Of a DNA stretch of 64,000 bases, positions 26,210 through 36,584 are shown one piece after another. Under the pieces are notes generated by a model. It saw nothing but the letters and a program-made list of their open reading frames with translations. It searched no databases and was not told the DNA's origin. Position 1 is the first letter of the stretch, and each line of letters opens with the position of its first letter. The stretch spans positions 94,748 to 158,747 of the forward strand of contig JAKVBT010000008.1 of assembly GCA_022446905.1 (NCBI GenBank). The letters run 5' to 3'. The position numbers were made by a program, and so were the translations under genes. This DNA is from Phycisphaerales bacterium. Its GTDB lineage: Bacteria; Planctomycetota; Phycisphaerae; Phycisphaerales; SM1A02.

Positions 26210-26809
26210 TCATTGCGCTTCCTGCCACTGCTGGTTCATGTACGCAACAAGTGCATCAGACACATCCAGCGTCGGCTGTGAATAAAGAACGCGACGAGAT
26301 GAAATAGCAGCGAGGACGTCACCGCTCTGTTCATTGATCTCCATGGCCGCATCATCTACTAAGATCAAGCCATAGCCATCACGAGCAGCGAGTTCTCCAA
26401 CGCTTGCTCGAATGTGTTCATAGATTCTCAACACCGATCGGGTCTTTGCTGCCGACTCGCGTCGCTCAGCATTCATCATGTATGCCTGGAGGTTGATCGT
26501 GGCCCGCTTCAATTCCTTTTGCGCAGCTTCATGCTTCTCAGTGCCGGGAACGAAATCCTCCAGATCAGCGCGGAGCAGTTCGGCATCTTCCGTTCTCCGG
26601 GTGACCTCAGCTTCAAAGGCCTTGCCTGCTGCCTCTACACGCGTCAATTCGGCTTTCCATTCATCAAGCGCGTCGATAACCCGCGGCAGGTCGACGGTAC
26701 CTACCGCCGTCGCTGGAGGAGCGAATCGCCCCGTAGCCGAAGCCACCGCCATCATTGCACCGGCGATCAGGACCAATACCAGAATGTTTTTGCTCATATA
26801 GCGACTCAT
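26210..26809 (-). CDS. OmpH/Skp family periplasmic chaperone
   Basis: Signal peptide, coiled-coil-rich protein of about 200 aa, positioned between bamA and lpxD. Confidence 0.7.
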   Translation of the reverse strand: MSRYMSKNILVLVLIAGAMMAVASATGRFAPPATAVGTVDLPRVIDALDEWKAELTRVEAAGKAFEAEVTRRTEDAELLRADLEDFVPGTEKHEAAQKELKRATINLQAYMMNAERRESAAKTRSVLRIYEHIRASVGELAARDGYGLILVDDAAMEINEQSGDVLAAISSRRVLYSQPTLDVSDALVAYMNQQWQEAQ

Positions 26810-26828
26810 GGAACTACTCCTGCTGGGT

Positions 26829-27479
26829 CTACTGACCTGTCACTTCCATCTCATATTCATTGTTCATCCGAATAATGACGTCTTCAGTGCGGTCAACCCG
26901 AGCAGACGAAAAAGCGATTCGACGGCTTCTGATATCAGCTCGCACTTGGTCTTCAAGGGGACCTGCCTGAGGATCAATCTGGATCTCGCGCTCAGGACTG
27001 TAGATGAACACCATGTCGATGCCTTCCCGTTCGGCCATCTTTCTCACAGCAGCCATGACATCCTGATACAAGCCCTGCATCAAGAGCGCCCGCTCAATGT
27101 CAATCTCCCGCAGAGTGAACTCCTGCCAAGCCAAAAACTCTGTGTATTTCTCATCAAGTTGTTCTTGAGCCCTAATGCGATCAGAGCCCATGTCCATGGA
27201 GCCAATCGAATCATTGAGTTCGCGGATTTCTTTTTCACGTGCCTCACTCTCTCCAAGCAAGGTTTCGAGTTGTGCGTTGAGATTGGCTTCAGCGTCGGCC
27301 TTCTCAGCCAAGCCATTAATGACTCGTACCAAGTCGATGTACGCCACTGGCCCAGACGGCGCCATCGAGAGAGCGGTGCCACGGAAAGAAATGCCCGCCG
27401 CAAGCAATACAACCAAAACGCAAAGTGTTGCTGTCAATCTATGCATTCGGTACTTCATATGTCGCCCTCCAGGAGGCAA
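26829..27479 (-). CDS. OmpH/Skp family periplasmic chaperone (second copy)
   Basis: Signal peptide MKYRMHRLTATLCVLVVLLAAG..., coiled-coil composition, immediately downstream of bamA. Confidence 0.7.
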   Translation of the reverse strand: MPPGGRHMKYRMHRLTATLCVLVVLLAAGISFRGTALSMAPSGPVAYIDLVRVINGLAEKADAEANLNAQLETLLGESEAREKEIRELNDSIGSMDMGSDRIRAQEQLDEKYTEFLAWQEFTLREIDIERALLMQGLYQDVMAAVRKMAEREGIDMVFIYSPEREIQIDPQAGPLEDQVRADIRSRRIAFSSARVDRTEDVIIRMNNEYEMEVTGQ

Positions 27480-27494
27480 TGACGAACCCTGATA

Positions 27495-29852
27495 TCAGAA
27501 TGGAAGGTCCGCCGAGAAACTGAACAACTGAGTCTGATCGAGATCCTGTTTGATAATCGGAAAACCAAAGTCAAAGGCCAATGGCGTCGGTCCAAGTTGC
27601 GGAATATACACCCGCACGCCGAGACCCACACTCACGCGATACTCATCAAAGCCCACAGCATCGTTGACCGTGCCTGAATCAACAAATATGACACCATCAA
27701 GCAACTCTCCCAGCAGCGGACGCTGATATTGAGCGCCAGCAAACATCATGAATGTGCCGCCAACTGGCACATCTGTTTGAACCCCTGCTGCTGTCAGGCC
27801 CTTCGGGGAAACGGTTCGAAACTGAAATCCTCGGAAACTCCGGCCGCCCAGATAAAACTGCTCATAGGTCGGCGATTCCCCTCCGAAGATGGTGCCAATC
27901 TGCCCATCGAGCCGCAAGGTTGTAGTACGGCCAAGGAAGTCGCGATCAAGCGCGAGATACGTCGTGTAGTCAATGGAGGCGCGATTGAAGGAGACATTTC
28001 CACCAACGGCTCCCCAGTTCGCCAGACTCAATTGCGTACGACTCCCGCGTGTCGGGCGATCCATACTGTCAATGGTTGTTCGGGTCAGGGTCATCCCAAG
28101 GGAGAGCAATGTGTCCGGCCCCCGATCATTCATGACTTCGACCGGTTCAACCCTGTTGAAATCACTCAACTCCACCTGCGAGGCATCAAAGCGAAATGAT
28201 ACGTACCACACATCGCCAAGCCGACGAGCCAAGGTAGTGCCTGCTGATGACCGCGCTTCTGTGTAGTTGTCATAGGTCCGGCGGAACACCCCCGCTGCTT
28301 GGCCCAACGCCCATGGCGTGCCGAAGATCTGAGGCTCAGTCAAACTGATGTCATACGCGAAGATCTCCGTGCCGGGCTGAAAGTTGATTGCAAACTTTTG
28401 TCCCGCACCGCGAAATCCACGACCCTTAATGAACTCCCCAAACGTCTCAGGGACATCGAAAATATCAAAGTTGTTTTGTGTCAGCGAGATGTTTCCGAGC
28501 ACACCGCTGTCCGATCCAAATCCGACACCAAAGTTGATTGAGCCAGTGTTTTGCTCCTTCACTTCAATCAACACATCACGAACACGCTCATCATTCGGAT
28601 CGGGTTCTTGAACTGTGACCCGAGCATCCTTAAACAAGCCAGAGCTCATGATCCGATCCTTCGTATCCTTGATCTCCCGGGCATCAAATCGTCGTCCAGG
28701 AACCAGGCCAACATTGACGCGAATGATCTTGTCCTTCGTCAGTGTGTTACCGGCAATGTTCACTAGGCCGACATCAGCCACTTCGCCCTCATCGATTTCG
28801 ACCAACAAGACCAATTCCGTACCGCGGCCCTGCCGAATCGGAGAGATGCTGACTCTGGCATCGAGATATCCCATAACGCCATAAGAGTCCCGAATTGAAT
28901 CCCTGGACTGATCGATCAGATTCTCCTTGAACACATCGCCGACCTTGATGTTCATGATTGCTGCCAGCTGTTCTTCGGAGAAGACCTCGATCGGGACACC
29001 GCCAATCCCATTAGCGCGAATCTCACCAACGGTATATCGCCGTCCTTCTTCAATCAGAAAGATGACCTTGGCTTGACGTTGACTTGGGCTGATTTCAATC
29101 TGCTTATCAACACGCACATCGATATAACCACGTCCATAGTAAAACCGGTGTAAGGCGGCTATGTCATTTGCAAGTTCGGCCTCATCAAGCTCACCACGCC
29201 TTAAGAAGGGAAACCATGTGGTCGTTTCAATTTCAGCCTGTAGTTCCTTGGTTGGAAAGGCCGTTGCCCCAACAAAGACGATCGATCGGATCCGCACGCG
29301 GGGACCTTCAATCACCTCAAAGATCAACACATTGTTGCTATCAAGCTCGGACTGATCAATAGAGACTTCCGCTAAGAAGTGCCCCTTTGCAAAGTACAAC
29401 TGCTCCATCTCTCGAATGCCGCGTTGGATGAGGAAGTCGTCGCGAGGGGATCCTCGGCGAAGACCCGTGGGCCCAAGTAAGGCATTGTCGCTCAGTAGGC
29501 TATTTCCGACGACATATACCGCTGCCAGCAACTGCTGCTCTTCAAACACATAGGTCAGCGCCACACTGCCGTCGGACTCGACGATTGCCTCAATATCAAT
29601 CGTGGAAAACTCGCCGAGTCGGGTCAGCCTTGAAATGTCGCCTCGTGCCGTGTCTGGGGCATATGGCTCACCAACCCGGCAGCGAATATTGTTGTAGACC
29701 ACCTGATCACTGACTCGCTTGAGGCCTTGCAGGGAAATCGACCCAATCGGACGATCCAATAACGTATCTCCATCCTGAGCAACTGCTGGCGTCCAATGGA
29801 CGATCGTCAGGAGGATGATCAAAACGGCGTTGGCAGTTCGAAAGAGGCCCAT
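27495..29852 (-). CDS. bamA: outer membrane protein assembly factor BamA
   Basis: Signal peptide MGLFRTANAVLIILLTIVHWTPAVAQ, POTRA-like repeats, and a C-terminal beta-barrel ending ...LFSFSADLPF. Start set at 29852, because the ORF extension to 30155 is Arg/His-rich and overlaps the divergent lpxD gene. Confidence 0.9.
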   Translation of the reverse strand: MGLFRTANAVLIILLTIVHWTPAVAQDGDTLLDRPIGSISLQGLKRVSDQVVYNNIRCRVGEPYAPDTARGDISRLTRLGEFSTIDIEAIVESDGSVALTYVFEEQQLLAAVYVVGNSLLSDNALLGPTGLRRGSPRDDFLIQRGIREMEQLYFAKGHFLAEVSIDQSELDSNNVLIFEVIEGPRVRIRSIVFVGATAFPTKELQAEIETTTWFPFLRRGELDEAELANDIAALHRFYYGRGYIDVRVDKQIEISPSQRQAKVIFLIEEGRRYTVGEIRANGIGGVPIEVFSEEQLAAIMNIKVGDVFKENLIDQSRDSIRDSYGVMGYLDARVSISPIRQGRGTELVLLVEIDEGEVADVGLVNIAGNTLTKDKIIRVNVGLVPGRRFDAREIKDTKDRIMSSGLFKDARVTVQEPDPNDERVRDVLIEVKEQNTGSINFGVGFGSDSGVLGNISLTQNNFDIFDVPETFGEFIKGRGFRGAGQKFAINFQPGTEIFAYDISLTEPQIFGTPWALGQAAGVFRRTYDNYTEARSSAGTTLARRLGDVWYVSFRFDASQVELSDFNRVEPVEVMNDRGPDTLLSLGMTLTRTTIDSMDRPTRGSRTQLSLANWGAVGGNVSFNRASIDYTTYLALDRDFLGRTTTLRLDGQIGTIFGGESPTYEQFYLGGRSFRGFQFRTVSPKGLTAAGVQTDVPVGGTFMMFAGAQYQRPLLGELLDGVIFVDSGTVNDAVGFDEYRVSVGLGVRVYIPQLGPTPLAFDFGFPIIKQDLDQTQLFSFSADLPF

Positions 29853-29947
29853 TCGGTATCGCGAGGATATCCGAGCCGGATGGTCGCTGCTTTCATCCGA
29901 CGAAGGTACCCTTCGCACATCGCCGTGACGGCTGGAGGCCTTGACCC

Positions 29948-30985
29948 ATGAGCATGACGCTGGCAAATCTCGCTCAACAGCTCGGCGCCGAACTGCATGG
30001 TGACCCGACGGCCATCGTTGAGCGCTGTCGTGGCATCGATGCAGCTGAAGCTGGAGATCTCGCCTTTCTCGCCAATGCCCGATATCGCGACCACTTGGAG
30101 TCGACTCAGGCCACGGCAGTCTTGATTGCCTCGGGCATTGAAGCCCCTGCCGCACTGAACTGCCTAGTCTGCGATGACCCTTACTTTGCGTTCAGAAATG
30201 CGGTGATTGAATTGCACGGCATGCGCCAGCATCCAGACCCCATGGATGCGGACGCCCGGGGCATCAGTGCCCGCGCTGCCATCCACCCCGATGCTGACAT
30301 TGGCGAGAACACCAGGATCCACCCATTTGCCACGGTCGAGCAAGGTGCGAGCATTGGACGTGGCTGTCACCTGTATCCCGGAGTCTGGATTGGCCCGAAC
30401 GCTGTCATTGGCGATGATTGCATTCTCTTTCCCAATAGTGTGGTACATGAACACTGCCTCCTCGGGGATCGAGTGACCCTCCATGCGGGCACTGTGATCG
30501 GCAACGATGGATTTGGCTACGCCACCCATGAGGGTGTACACCACAAGATTCCACAACATGGCATCGTGGTCCTCGAAGATGACGTCGAGATTGGTGGCAA
30601 CTGCGCCATCGAGCGTGCAGCAATGGGTGAAACCCGAATTGGCACAGGAAGCAAGTTTGCTGACCTCATATCGATCGGGCATGGAACCACGATGGGAGGC
30701 CATTGTCTGCTGGTCTCTTTGGTGGGCGTCGCGGGATCTGTAACCATGGGGCATCATGTCGTTCTAGGCGGGCAGACGGGTGTTGCTGGACACCTGACCA
30801 TGGGGGATGGGGTACAGGCACTGGCCCATACAGGTGTCGTAACAAACATCCCAAGCGGCCAGAAGATCGGTGGAGCCCCAGCCATTGATGCCGACACGGC
30901 CAAGCGCAATGCGATGGCCTCTGTGAATCTCGCAGAGTTGTTCCGTCGCGTAAAGCGGCTTGAAAGAACCGTGCAGAAGGATTGA
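29948..30985 (+). CDS. lpxD: UDP-3-O-acylglucosamine N-acyltransferase (paralog 2)
   Basis: LANLAQQLGAELHGD..., GNDGFGY, KIPQHGIVVLEDDVEIGGN, C-terminal helix LAELFRRVKRLE. Confidence 0.85.
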   Translation: MSMTLANLAQQLGAELHGDPTAIVERCRGIDAAEAGDLAFLANARYRDHLESTQATAVLIASGIEAPAALNCLVCDDPYFAFRNAVIELHGMRQHPDPMDADARGISARAAIHPDADIGENTRIHPFATVEQGASIGRGCHLYPGVWIGPNAVIGDDCILFPNSVVHEHCLLGDRVTLHAGTVIGNDGFGYATHEGVHHKIPQHGIVVLEDDVEIGGNCAIERAAMGETRIGTGSKFADLISIGHGTTMGGHCLLVSLVGVAGSVTMGHHVVLGGQTGVAGHLTMGDGVQALAHTGVVTNIPSGQKIGGAPAIDADTAKRNAMASVNLAELFRRVKRLERTVQKD

Positions 30986-31014
30986 CTTCGCCGAGTTGCC
31001 GATACGATATTGGG

Positions 31015-32145
31015 ATGCCGACCACAACTTCATTGCGCACGACCCCCTTCCATGACTTTCATGCCAGCCACGGCGCCAAACTCGTCGATTACACCGGCTG
31101 GGAAATGCCATTGCACTTTGGCTCAATCATCGATGAGCATGTGCAAACACGATCCAGCGGTGGCATGTTTGATGTCTCCCATATGGGTCGTATTCGATTC
31201 AAGGGGCGTGATGCTTGTCGAATGATGGATCGGGCTTGCAGCCGTCGAATTCATGGCATGGCACCTGGACAGGTTCGCTACGGCCTCATTTGCAATGAGC
31301 GGGGTGGCTGTCGTGACGATGTGCTCATCTACTGCATCGACCAGAGCGAGTACCTCATGGTGTGCAACGCTGCCAACCGAGAGAAACTACTTACGCACTT
31401 TGAGCAGATCCGTGGAGATCTCGTCTACAAGATGAAGGATGAAACTGAATCGACCGCGATGGTCGCGATCCAAGGGCCTCGGGTGATGGAACTCATTAGT
31501 CAGTTCTCCAGTGAGATCCCTACATTGAAGCGGTATCGATTTGTGAGCAAGTCAATTTTGATTGCCAAGGTGCTCGTGTCACGAACTGGGTACACCGGCG
31601 AAGACGGCGTCGAGGCCATCCTGCCCAAAGCCATCGCCGGAAAGATGGTGGGGATGATGCTCGGCAATGTGGATGACGCAAACACCCCGGTCAAGCCATG
31701 CGGCTTGGGCGCGCGAGACTCCCTGCGGCTTGAGGCGGGCATGTGCCTTTACGGCCATGAAATTACAGAAGACATTGACCCCTTGACCGCATGCCTCGAC
31801 TTTGCCGTCAAACTCGACAAAGGCGAAGGAGATTGCCCCGCTGAGCGATTCATCGGGCAGGATGCACTTCAAGCAATCGCCCATGCAGGTGGTCCGCCCC
31901 GCATGCTGACTGGACTCATCCTCGAAGGCCGTCGCGCGGCCCGGCAAGGCCATCGCGTACTCCATCAAGGCGTCGAAGTCGGCACGGTGACCAGCGGCTG
32001 CCTGAGCCCTACTTTGGATCAGTCCATTGCTATGGCCATCACAGACCAAGAAACGCGTGAACCTGGCACCACAGTTGAAGTTGATCTTGGCCGCACCACT
32101 GTTACCGCCACGGTGTGCGCGTTGCCGTTCTACAAAGCGCCTTAG
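31015..32145 (+). CDS. gcvT: glycine cleavage system aminomethyltransferase
   Basis: TPFHDFHASHGAKLVDYTGWEMPLHF, VSRTGYTGEDG, RDSLRLEAG. ATG at 31015; the track ORF begins at a TTG at 30982. Confidence 0.9.
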   Translation: MPTTTSLRTTPFHDFHASHGAKLVDYTGWEMPLHFGSIIDEHVQTRSSGGMFDVSHMGRIRFKGRDACRMMDRACSRRIHGMAPGQVRYGLICNERGGCRDDVLIYCIDQSEYLMVCNAANREKLLTHFEQIRGDLVYKMKDETESTAMVAIQGPRVMELISQFSSEIPTLKRYRFVSKSILIAKVLVSRTGYTGEDGVEAILPKAIAGKMVGMMLGNVDDANTPVKPCGLGARDSLRLEAGMCLYGHEITEDIDPLTACLDFAVKLDKGEGDCPAERFIGQDALQAIAHAGGPPRMLTGLILEGRRAARQGHRVLHQGVEVGTVTSGCLSPTLDQSIAMAITDQETREPGTTVEVDLGRTTVTATVCALPFYKAP

Positions 32146-32151
32146 ATCGCA

Positions 32152-33000
32152 TCAGGCAACCTTGCGCTGCTTGAGACGGTGCTGAATGCGCCGCAATGTG
32201 TCCATTTCAATCTGGCGTACGCGTTCCCGTGTTAATCCGATTACGGCACCGATCTGCTTCAGTGTCAAAGGCGCACGGCCTTCAAGTCCATAGCGCAAGC
32301 GAAGGACCCGTGCTTCACGCTCTTCCAGTGTTTCAATGACAGCCATAACAACTGCCAGTTCTTCCGAATTGGCGACGCTGTGCTCAGGCGAATCATGGCG
32401 CATATCCTCGATGACTGAGCCAAAGTCCAATGGCTCACCATCTTCCATCGTGGGGGCGTGTGATGAACTGCGGTGGGCCTGCATTGCCCGTTGAACAATC
32501 TGAGCCTTGCGAAGCGGCAGATCCAACAGTTCAGCCATGTCCACGACATTTGGGGTTCGCCCCTCACGTTCCATAAACATGTCTGCAGTCCACTTCCAAC
32601 GCCTGATGAGATCAACCATGTAGGCAGGAATGTGAATCGGATGCCGCGCATTAATCAGTGTCCGCTTGATTGACTGCTTAATCCACCAGGAAGCATAGGT
32701 AGAGAAACGGGCCCCTTGAGCAGGATCGAATCCCTCCACAGCGCGGATCAGTCCAATATTGCCTTCCTCAATCAGATCCGGCAAAGACAACCCACGGCGG
32801 ATGTAGTTTTTTCCAATCGAAACAACCAATCGAAGATTGGCGCGGATCATCCGGTCCTTCGCTTCCATATCGTTGTCGTTGATAATGCGCCACCCCAGCT
32901 CCTTCTCCTCAGCCGGGGTTAATAGGTCGACGCGATTGATGTCGCGGAGGTAGGTCTCGAGTGTTCGGTCGGAGTAGTGACGAGCCATAGCGCGTGGCAT
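32152..33000 (-). CDS. RNA polymerase sigma-70 family factor (RpoD/RpoS-like, no region 1.1)
   Basis: Region 2 DLIEEGNIGLIRAVEGFDPAQGARFSTYASWWIKQSI and region 4 TLKQIGAVIGLTRERVRQIE. Start set at MPRAMARHY; the longest ORF runs to 33261. Confidence 0.85.
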   Translation of the reverse strand: MPRAMARHYSDRTLETYLRDINRVDLLTPAEEKELGWRIINDNDMEAKDRMIRANLRLVVSIGKNYIRRGLSLPDLIEEGNIGLIRAVEGFDPAQGARFSTYASWWIKQSIKRTLINARHPIHIPAYMVDLIRRWKWTADMFMEREGRTPNVVDMAELLDLPLRKAQIVQRAMQAHRSSSHAPTMEDGEPLDFGSVIEDMRHDSPEHSVANSEELAVVMAVIETLEEREARVLRLRYGLEGRAPLTLKQIGAVIGLTRERVRQIEMDTLRRIQHRLKQRKVA

Positions 33001-33368
33001 TCCTGCGTAATTCCGGGCCTCCGCCGTCCCCAACGCGGGAACGGACTGGTGCCTCCAAACGGAAGCCCGGGGCTGTCCCCCCGGACAGCGTCGATTCCTG
33101 CCACTGCAGGTGATCTTCCAAACGATTCGTCCCGGCTGAGTGCCGGTTTCGCCTTCAAACCCACTAGTCGCCGAATTCTGGCTTGTGAGGCTATTCCGAC
33201 GAAAAACGAACCAATCAGGTCTGCCGATACAATCGAACCACCAAAACGCCGGCTTGACCACTCAGGCTCCAGTCAAGTGTCTACAGTCAAAAAGGGCCCC
33301 GGAATGGCCCGCATGGCCCGCACAGACCGATTTTGCCACAGTCTGGCTAGCCCCCAGCCCACAGCCCT

Positions 33369-34034
33369 ATGTCTGATATCGACTTGTCAACAATCTTCAG
33401 CCAATGGCCACTTGGCCCCGATCAGGAAGTTCTCAGACTGGTCGACCTCGGGGATGGTCGTCAGGTGATCCATGTACGGATCGAGATGGGGCTTGTGCAA
33501 CTGGAAATCGATGGAAGGCCAGACGGACTGCCATCCGTCTTCACCACTTCACAGACCATCGTCGACCAGGACACTGCGGAACGTCTCATGCATGAAGCAT
33601 CCCTTCATGACTACCGCGGGCATCTGCTGCTGACGCTTGGGTGCCATGCTGCTGCACTTCGAGACGCAGAACATGTGATTCGCTGCGCAAAAGCAGCTAT
33701 TGGGGTCGCAGCAACAAGCGCACTAGATGATGCCCGCCGTAGAGGATTCACGCTCCGCGCCCGCGCAGCTGCCGAGGCAGCCATCGCGACTGGACGCAAG
33801 GATCTGGCCCGTGAAGCCATTTCCAGAGGACTGACAGATCTTGCTGAACTCGCCGATCAAGATCAATACGAAACCTGTAATGAAGTGATGCTGCTTCGTG
33901 GCATGCGTGATGTGCTAACGCCCCAACTTCCTTCTTCACAGCGGGAAGAATTACGCCAGCGTCTTCGCGATGCCGTGGAGCGTGAGAACTATGAACTGGC
34001 GGCCATTCTTCGAAATGAGTTGCGCCAGCTCTAA
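33369..34034 (+). CDS. UVR (UvrB/UvrC motif) domain-containing protein
   Basis: C-terminal LRDAVERENYELAAILRNELRQL matches the UVR motif. The rest is unassigned. Confidence 0.55.
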   Translation: MSDIDLSTIFSQWPLGPDQEVLRLVDLGDGRQVIHVRIEMGLVQLEIDGRPDGLPSVFTTSQTIVDQDTAERLMHEASLHDYRGHLLLTLGCHAAALRDAEHVIRCAKAAIGVAATSALDDARRRGFTLRARAAAEAAIATGRKDLAREAISRGLTDLAELADQDQYETCNEVMLLRGMRDVLTPQLPSSQREELRQRLRDAVERENYELAAILRNELRQL

Positions 34035-34065
34035 AGCACGATCAAGCAGGACTGCTGCTTGACAC

Positions 34066-36129
34066 TCACTCAGCTCCAGTCGCATCAGGGCACTTGAGGC
34101 GTGGATCGATCGCCTGCAATCGAGCACACTTCGCAGCAATCTGGTTTATGGGGGCCCCGGCGCGCAAAAGCACTGCCAATAATCGCTCATTGACCAACCT
34201 CCACCGCGCCGGATTATCTGTTCGTGGAAGCGATGCAAGCCGGCGGTAATCACGCGCCAGATCAGCAAGGGCTTCCCGATCACTTGAAGTCCAGAGGCAT
34301 TCGCAACGACCAAGAATCGCAGCTGGTAGATTTGGCCTCCGACTCAAAATCGAGTTGTACACAACCAATGCCTCATCACGACGACCACTACGGCTCAACG
34401 CTGACGCGAGTTGCAAATCTTCCTCCACATCACCGCCACCATCTGCTGAACTCATCGTGGCGGCCACCACTGAACAAAACGCTGGCTGATGCGACTCAAG
34501 CCACACCAACAATTCCCGCGCCTGAGCAGCACCCAATGTCTCAGCATGTTTCGCCAACGTGCTGTGATCTGATGAAAGGGCCAGAATTTTGGCGTCAACT
34601 AACGCCACGCATGCTGGAGTGCCAATCAGTACAGCCTTGTCATCTGTTCGCAATGCTCGAGCTTGATCGAGGTCCCCATCAACTAAGTGTTTCTCAATTC
34701 GCAGCATGGCCGCCCCTGCAGCTACCGCTGCAGCTCCTCGTCGGCCACGGCGATGCGCAATCAGGCCCTTGGCTCGCACTTCATCTAGCCGGTCGGCATC
34801 TGCCTCTGACATCTGGCCCAAGCGAAGACGTTCTTCAAGCAGGTACAAATTCAATTGCAAAGCATTGACATGCGATGGGCTGCGAGGAAGCACCTCAGCC
34901 AAGAGCTCCAGCGCCGTCTGGTTCTGGCCCTGTTCAACGGCCCGATGCGCCCGCCTAAGGATCCACTGCCCTGGGGATTCACCATGGGCCGATGCTCGGG
35001 CAAGCACCAAATCAACTAGTGCGGCATCCAGATCACGCTCTTCAATGGCCACGATCGCTGCCTTATCAAGCAACCGTGCACGCTGCTGAATAAGCCCCAT
35101 ACTCGCCGCTCGCAGCCAGTCTTGCACGGCTCCAGCTGAATCACCAACTGCTTTTCGCGCACTGGCTCGTGCATCAAGCAGCACCACCTTTTCGCGATCG
35201 CCGCGATCTTCAACTCTCGCCGCTTCAGCCATCAACAACGCGGCAGCTGCCTGACCACTGGCAACCAGCGCATCCATCCAGCCGGCCACGAGCGGCGAGG
35301 AGGTATCCAATGACACATCCCATGATTGAGTCGACATGCGTGTCGCGGTCGCACGCACGACGCTCTCCGGTGATGGGGATGTTGCCTCATCGCGGCGCAA
35401 TCTTTGCAGCCACGCGTCTGCGATCGCAGACGCGTGAGCGGATGTGCGCGATTGGGCCAAGCCAGCCTCTGCAATCAGCTGGACCTGCCAGGACGCCCCC
35501 GCTTGAGACAATTGCGCAACAGGAGCTGCTGACCACTCACGATCACGTGACAGGCCCCATTGCAGAATCTCCATCGCAGTCTGCTCTACTGGATCTGACA
35601 CAAGATGACTGGCCTTCAGCAGAGACAAAGCCGCCGCATCTTCTCCAAGCGCCTGGTGGACAGAGACGAGAAGGCGGCGAAGTCGTCCGGTCGCATCCGC
35701 GCCATCAGCCAACGCGTCTGACAGCAAGTCGGCCGACTCACGCAACTTGATGTAATCCTCATGCAACAAGCCGTAAGCAGCACAGGCCACGCCACGCCGC
35801 ATCTGCCACCGAGCAGAGGCCAGCGTGACAGGTTGACCAGACGCAGCCATATGTTGCAGGGTCAGATCTAAACGATCACTCACGGTGACCGCCTCATCCA
35901 AGATGGCCATCGCCATTTCGCGTCGCTGCGCATCTGGCAGCCCAAGCAAAGTGCCGTCAACGGACAGATGATGCGCCCAAGCTTCTCCGAGCAGCACATC
36001 CAACAAGCGAAGATCTGCCTCGACCTGTTCCAATTCCTCCACAGCTTCACGACAAGCGGCCCGACTTTGGTTCAACAGTTCCACTGGCAAACCAATAAGC
36101 ACACCACAAAGCAGCAGGCAGGAGATCAT
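34066..36129 (-). CDS. large helical-repeat (TPR-like) protein with an N-terminal membrane anchor/signal
   Basis: Ala/Leu-rich repeats throughout. Start MISCLLLCGVLIGLP at 36129 makes an ATGA overlap with the upstream exbD. The longest ORF starts at 36159. Confidence 0.5.
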   Translation of the reverse strand: MISCLLLCGVLIGLPVELLNQSRAACREAVEELEQVEADLRLLDVLLGEAWAHHLSVDGTLLGLPDAQRREMAMAILDEAVTVSDRLDLTLQHMAASGQPVTLASARWQMRRGVACAAYGLLHEDYIKLRESADLLSDALADGADATGRLRRLLVSVHQALGEDAAALSLLKASHLVSDPVEQTAMEILQWGLSRDREWSAAPVAQLSQAGASWQVQLIAEAGLAQSRTSAHASAIADAWLQRLRRDEATSPSPESVVRATATRMSTQSWDVSLDTSSPLVAGWMDALVASGQAAAALLMAEAARVEDRGDREKVVLLDARASARKAVGDSAGAVQDWLRAASMGLIQQRARLLDKAAIVAIEERDLDAALVDLVLARASAHGESPGQWILRRAHRAVEQGQNQTALELLAEVLPRSPSHVNALQLNLYLLEERLRLGQMSEADADRLDEVRAKGLIAHRRGRRGAAAVAAGAAMLRIEKHLVDGDLDQARALRTDDKAVLIGTPACVALVDAKILALSSDHSTLAKHAETLGAAQARELLVWLESHQPAFCSVVAATMSSADGGGDVEEDLQLASALSRSGRRDEALVVYNSILSRRPNLPAAILGRCECLWTSSDREALADLARDYRRLASLPRTDNPARWRLVNERLLAVLLRAGAPINQIAAKCARLQAIDPRLKCPDATGAE

Positions 36130-36584
36130 GATGGTGTCTCCAACGTCACATTGGTGCAACCAGCAGCGACTACCGCGTTAAAGGTGTCAATAACACGTTC
36201 CCAACTGACATCACTTGCTGGCTCGATGATGATGGGATGGTCTGAAAGAAACAGTTGCCCCCGTGGTTGCACTGACTCCGCAAGAAAGCGGCGGAGCCCC
36301 TCTGGCGTAGGCGACACAGTCCAAGGACCAACAACTTCGATACCACCTCCATAGCCCATTGATTCAAGACGGATCAGCAGTGGCTCGTCGATCAATGCCA
36401 ATGGGTCTGAAGAAGCCGCCTGCTGCTCTGGGAGATCTAAACGAAAGATCTCCTCAGCCGGGCTGAAATCGGTCGCCACCATGAAATAGATCAGCAACAA
36501 AAAGACAATGTCAATCATTGGAGCCATATGCAGGGTCAATCCCCCACTGCCCAAGCGGCGTCGCATACGCAGGTGCGGCCTCAT
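36126..36584 (-). CDS. exbD: biopolymer transporter ExbD/TolR family (copy 2)
   Basis: MRPHLRMRRRLGSGGLTLHMAPMIDIVFLLLIYFMV. ATGA overlap at 36581-36584 with copy 1. The longest ORF runs to 36692. Confidence 0.75.
   Translation of the reverse strand: MRPHLRMRRRLGSGGLTLHMAPMIDIVFLLLIYFMVATDFSPAEEIFRLDLPEQQAASSDPLALIDEPLLIRLESMGYGGGIEVVGPWTVSPTPEGLRRFLAESVQPRGQLFLSDHPIIIEPASDVSWERVIDTFNAVVAAGCTNVTLETPS

Noticed and set aside
29853-30155. 101-codon N-terminal extension of the BamA ORF
   Set aside because: The extension is Arg/His/Ser-rich and precedes a perfect signal peptide at Met102. It overlaps the divergent lpxD paralog start at 29948.
30164-30757. 197-aa minus-strand ORF
   Set aside because: It is antisense to the second lpxD, whose hexapeptide repeats generate open antisense frames.
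30986-31014. Possible glycine riboswitch upstream of gcvT
   Set aside because: Only about 29 nt separate the lpxD stop and the gcvT ATG. That is far too short for a glycine riboswitch aptamer.
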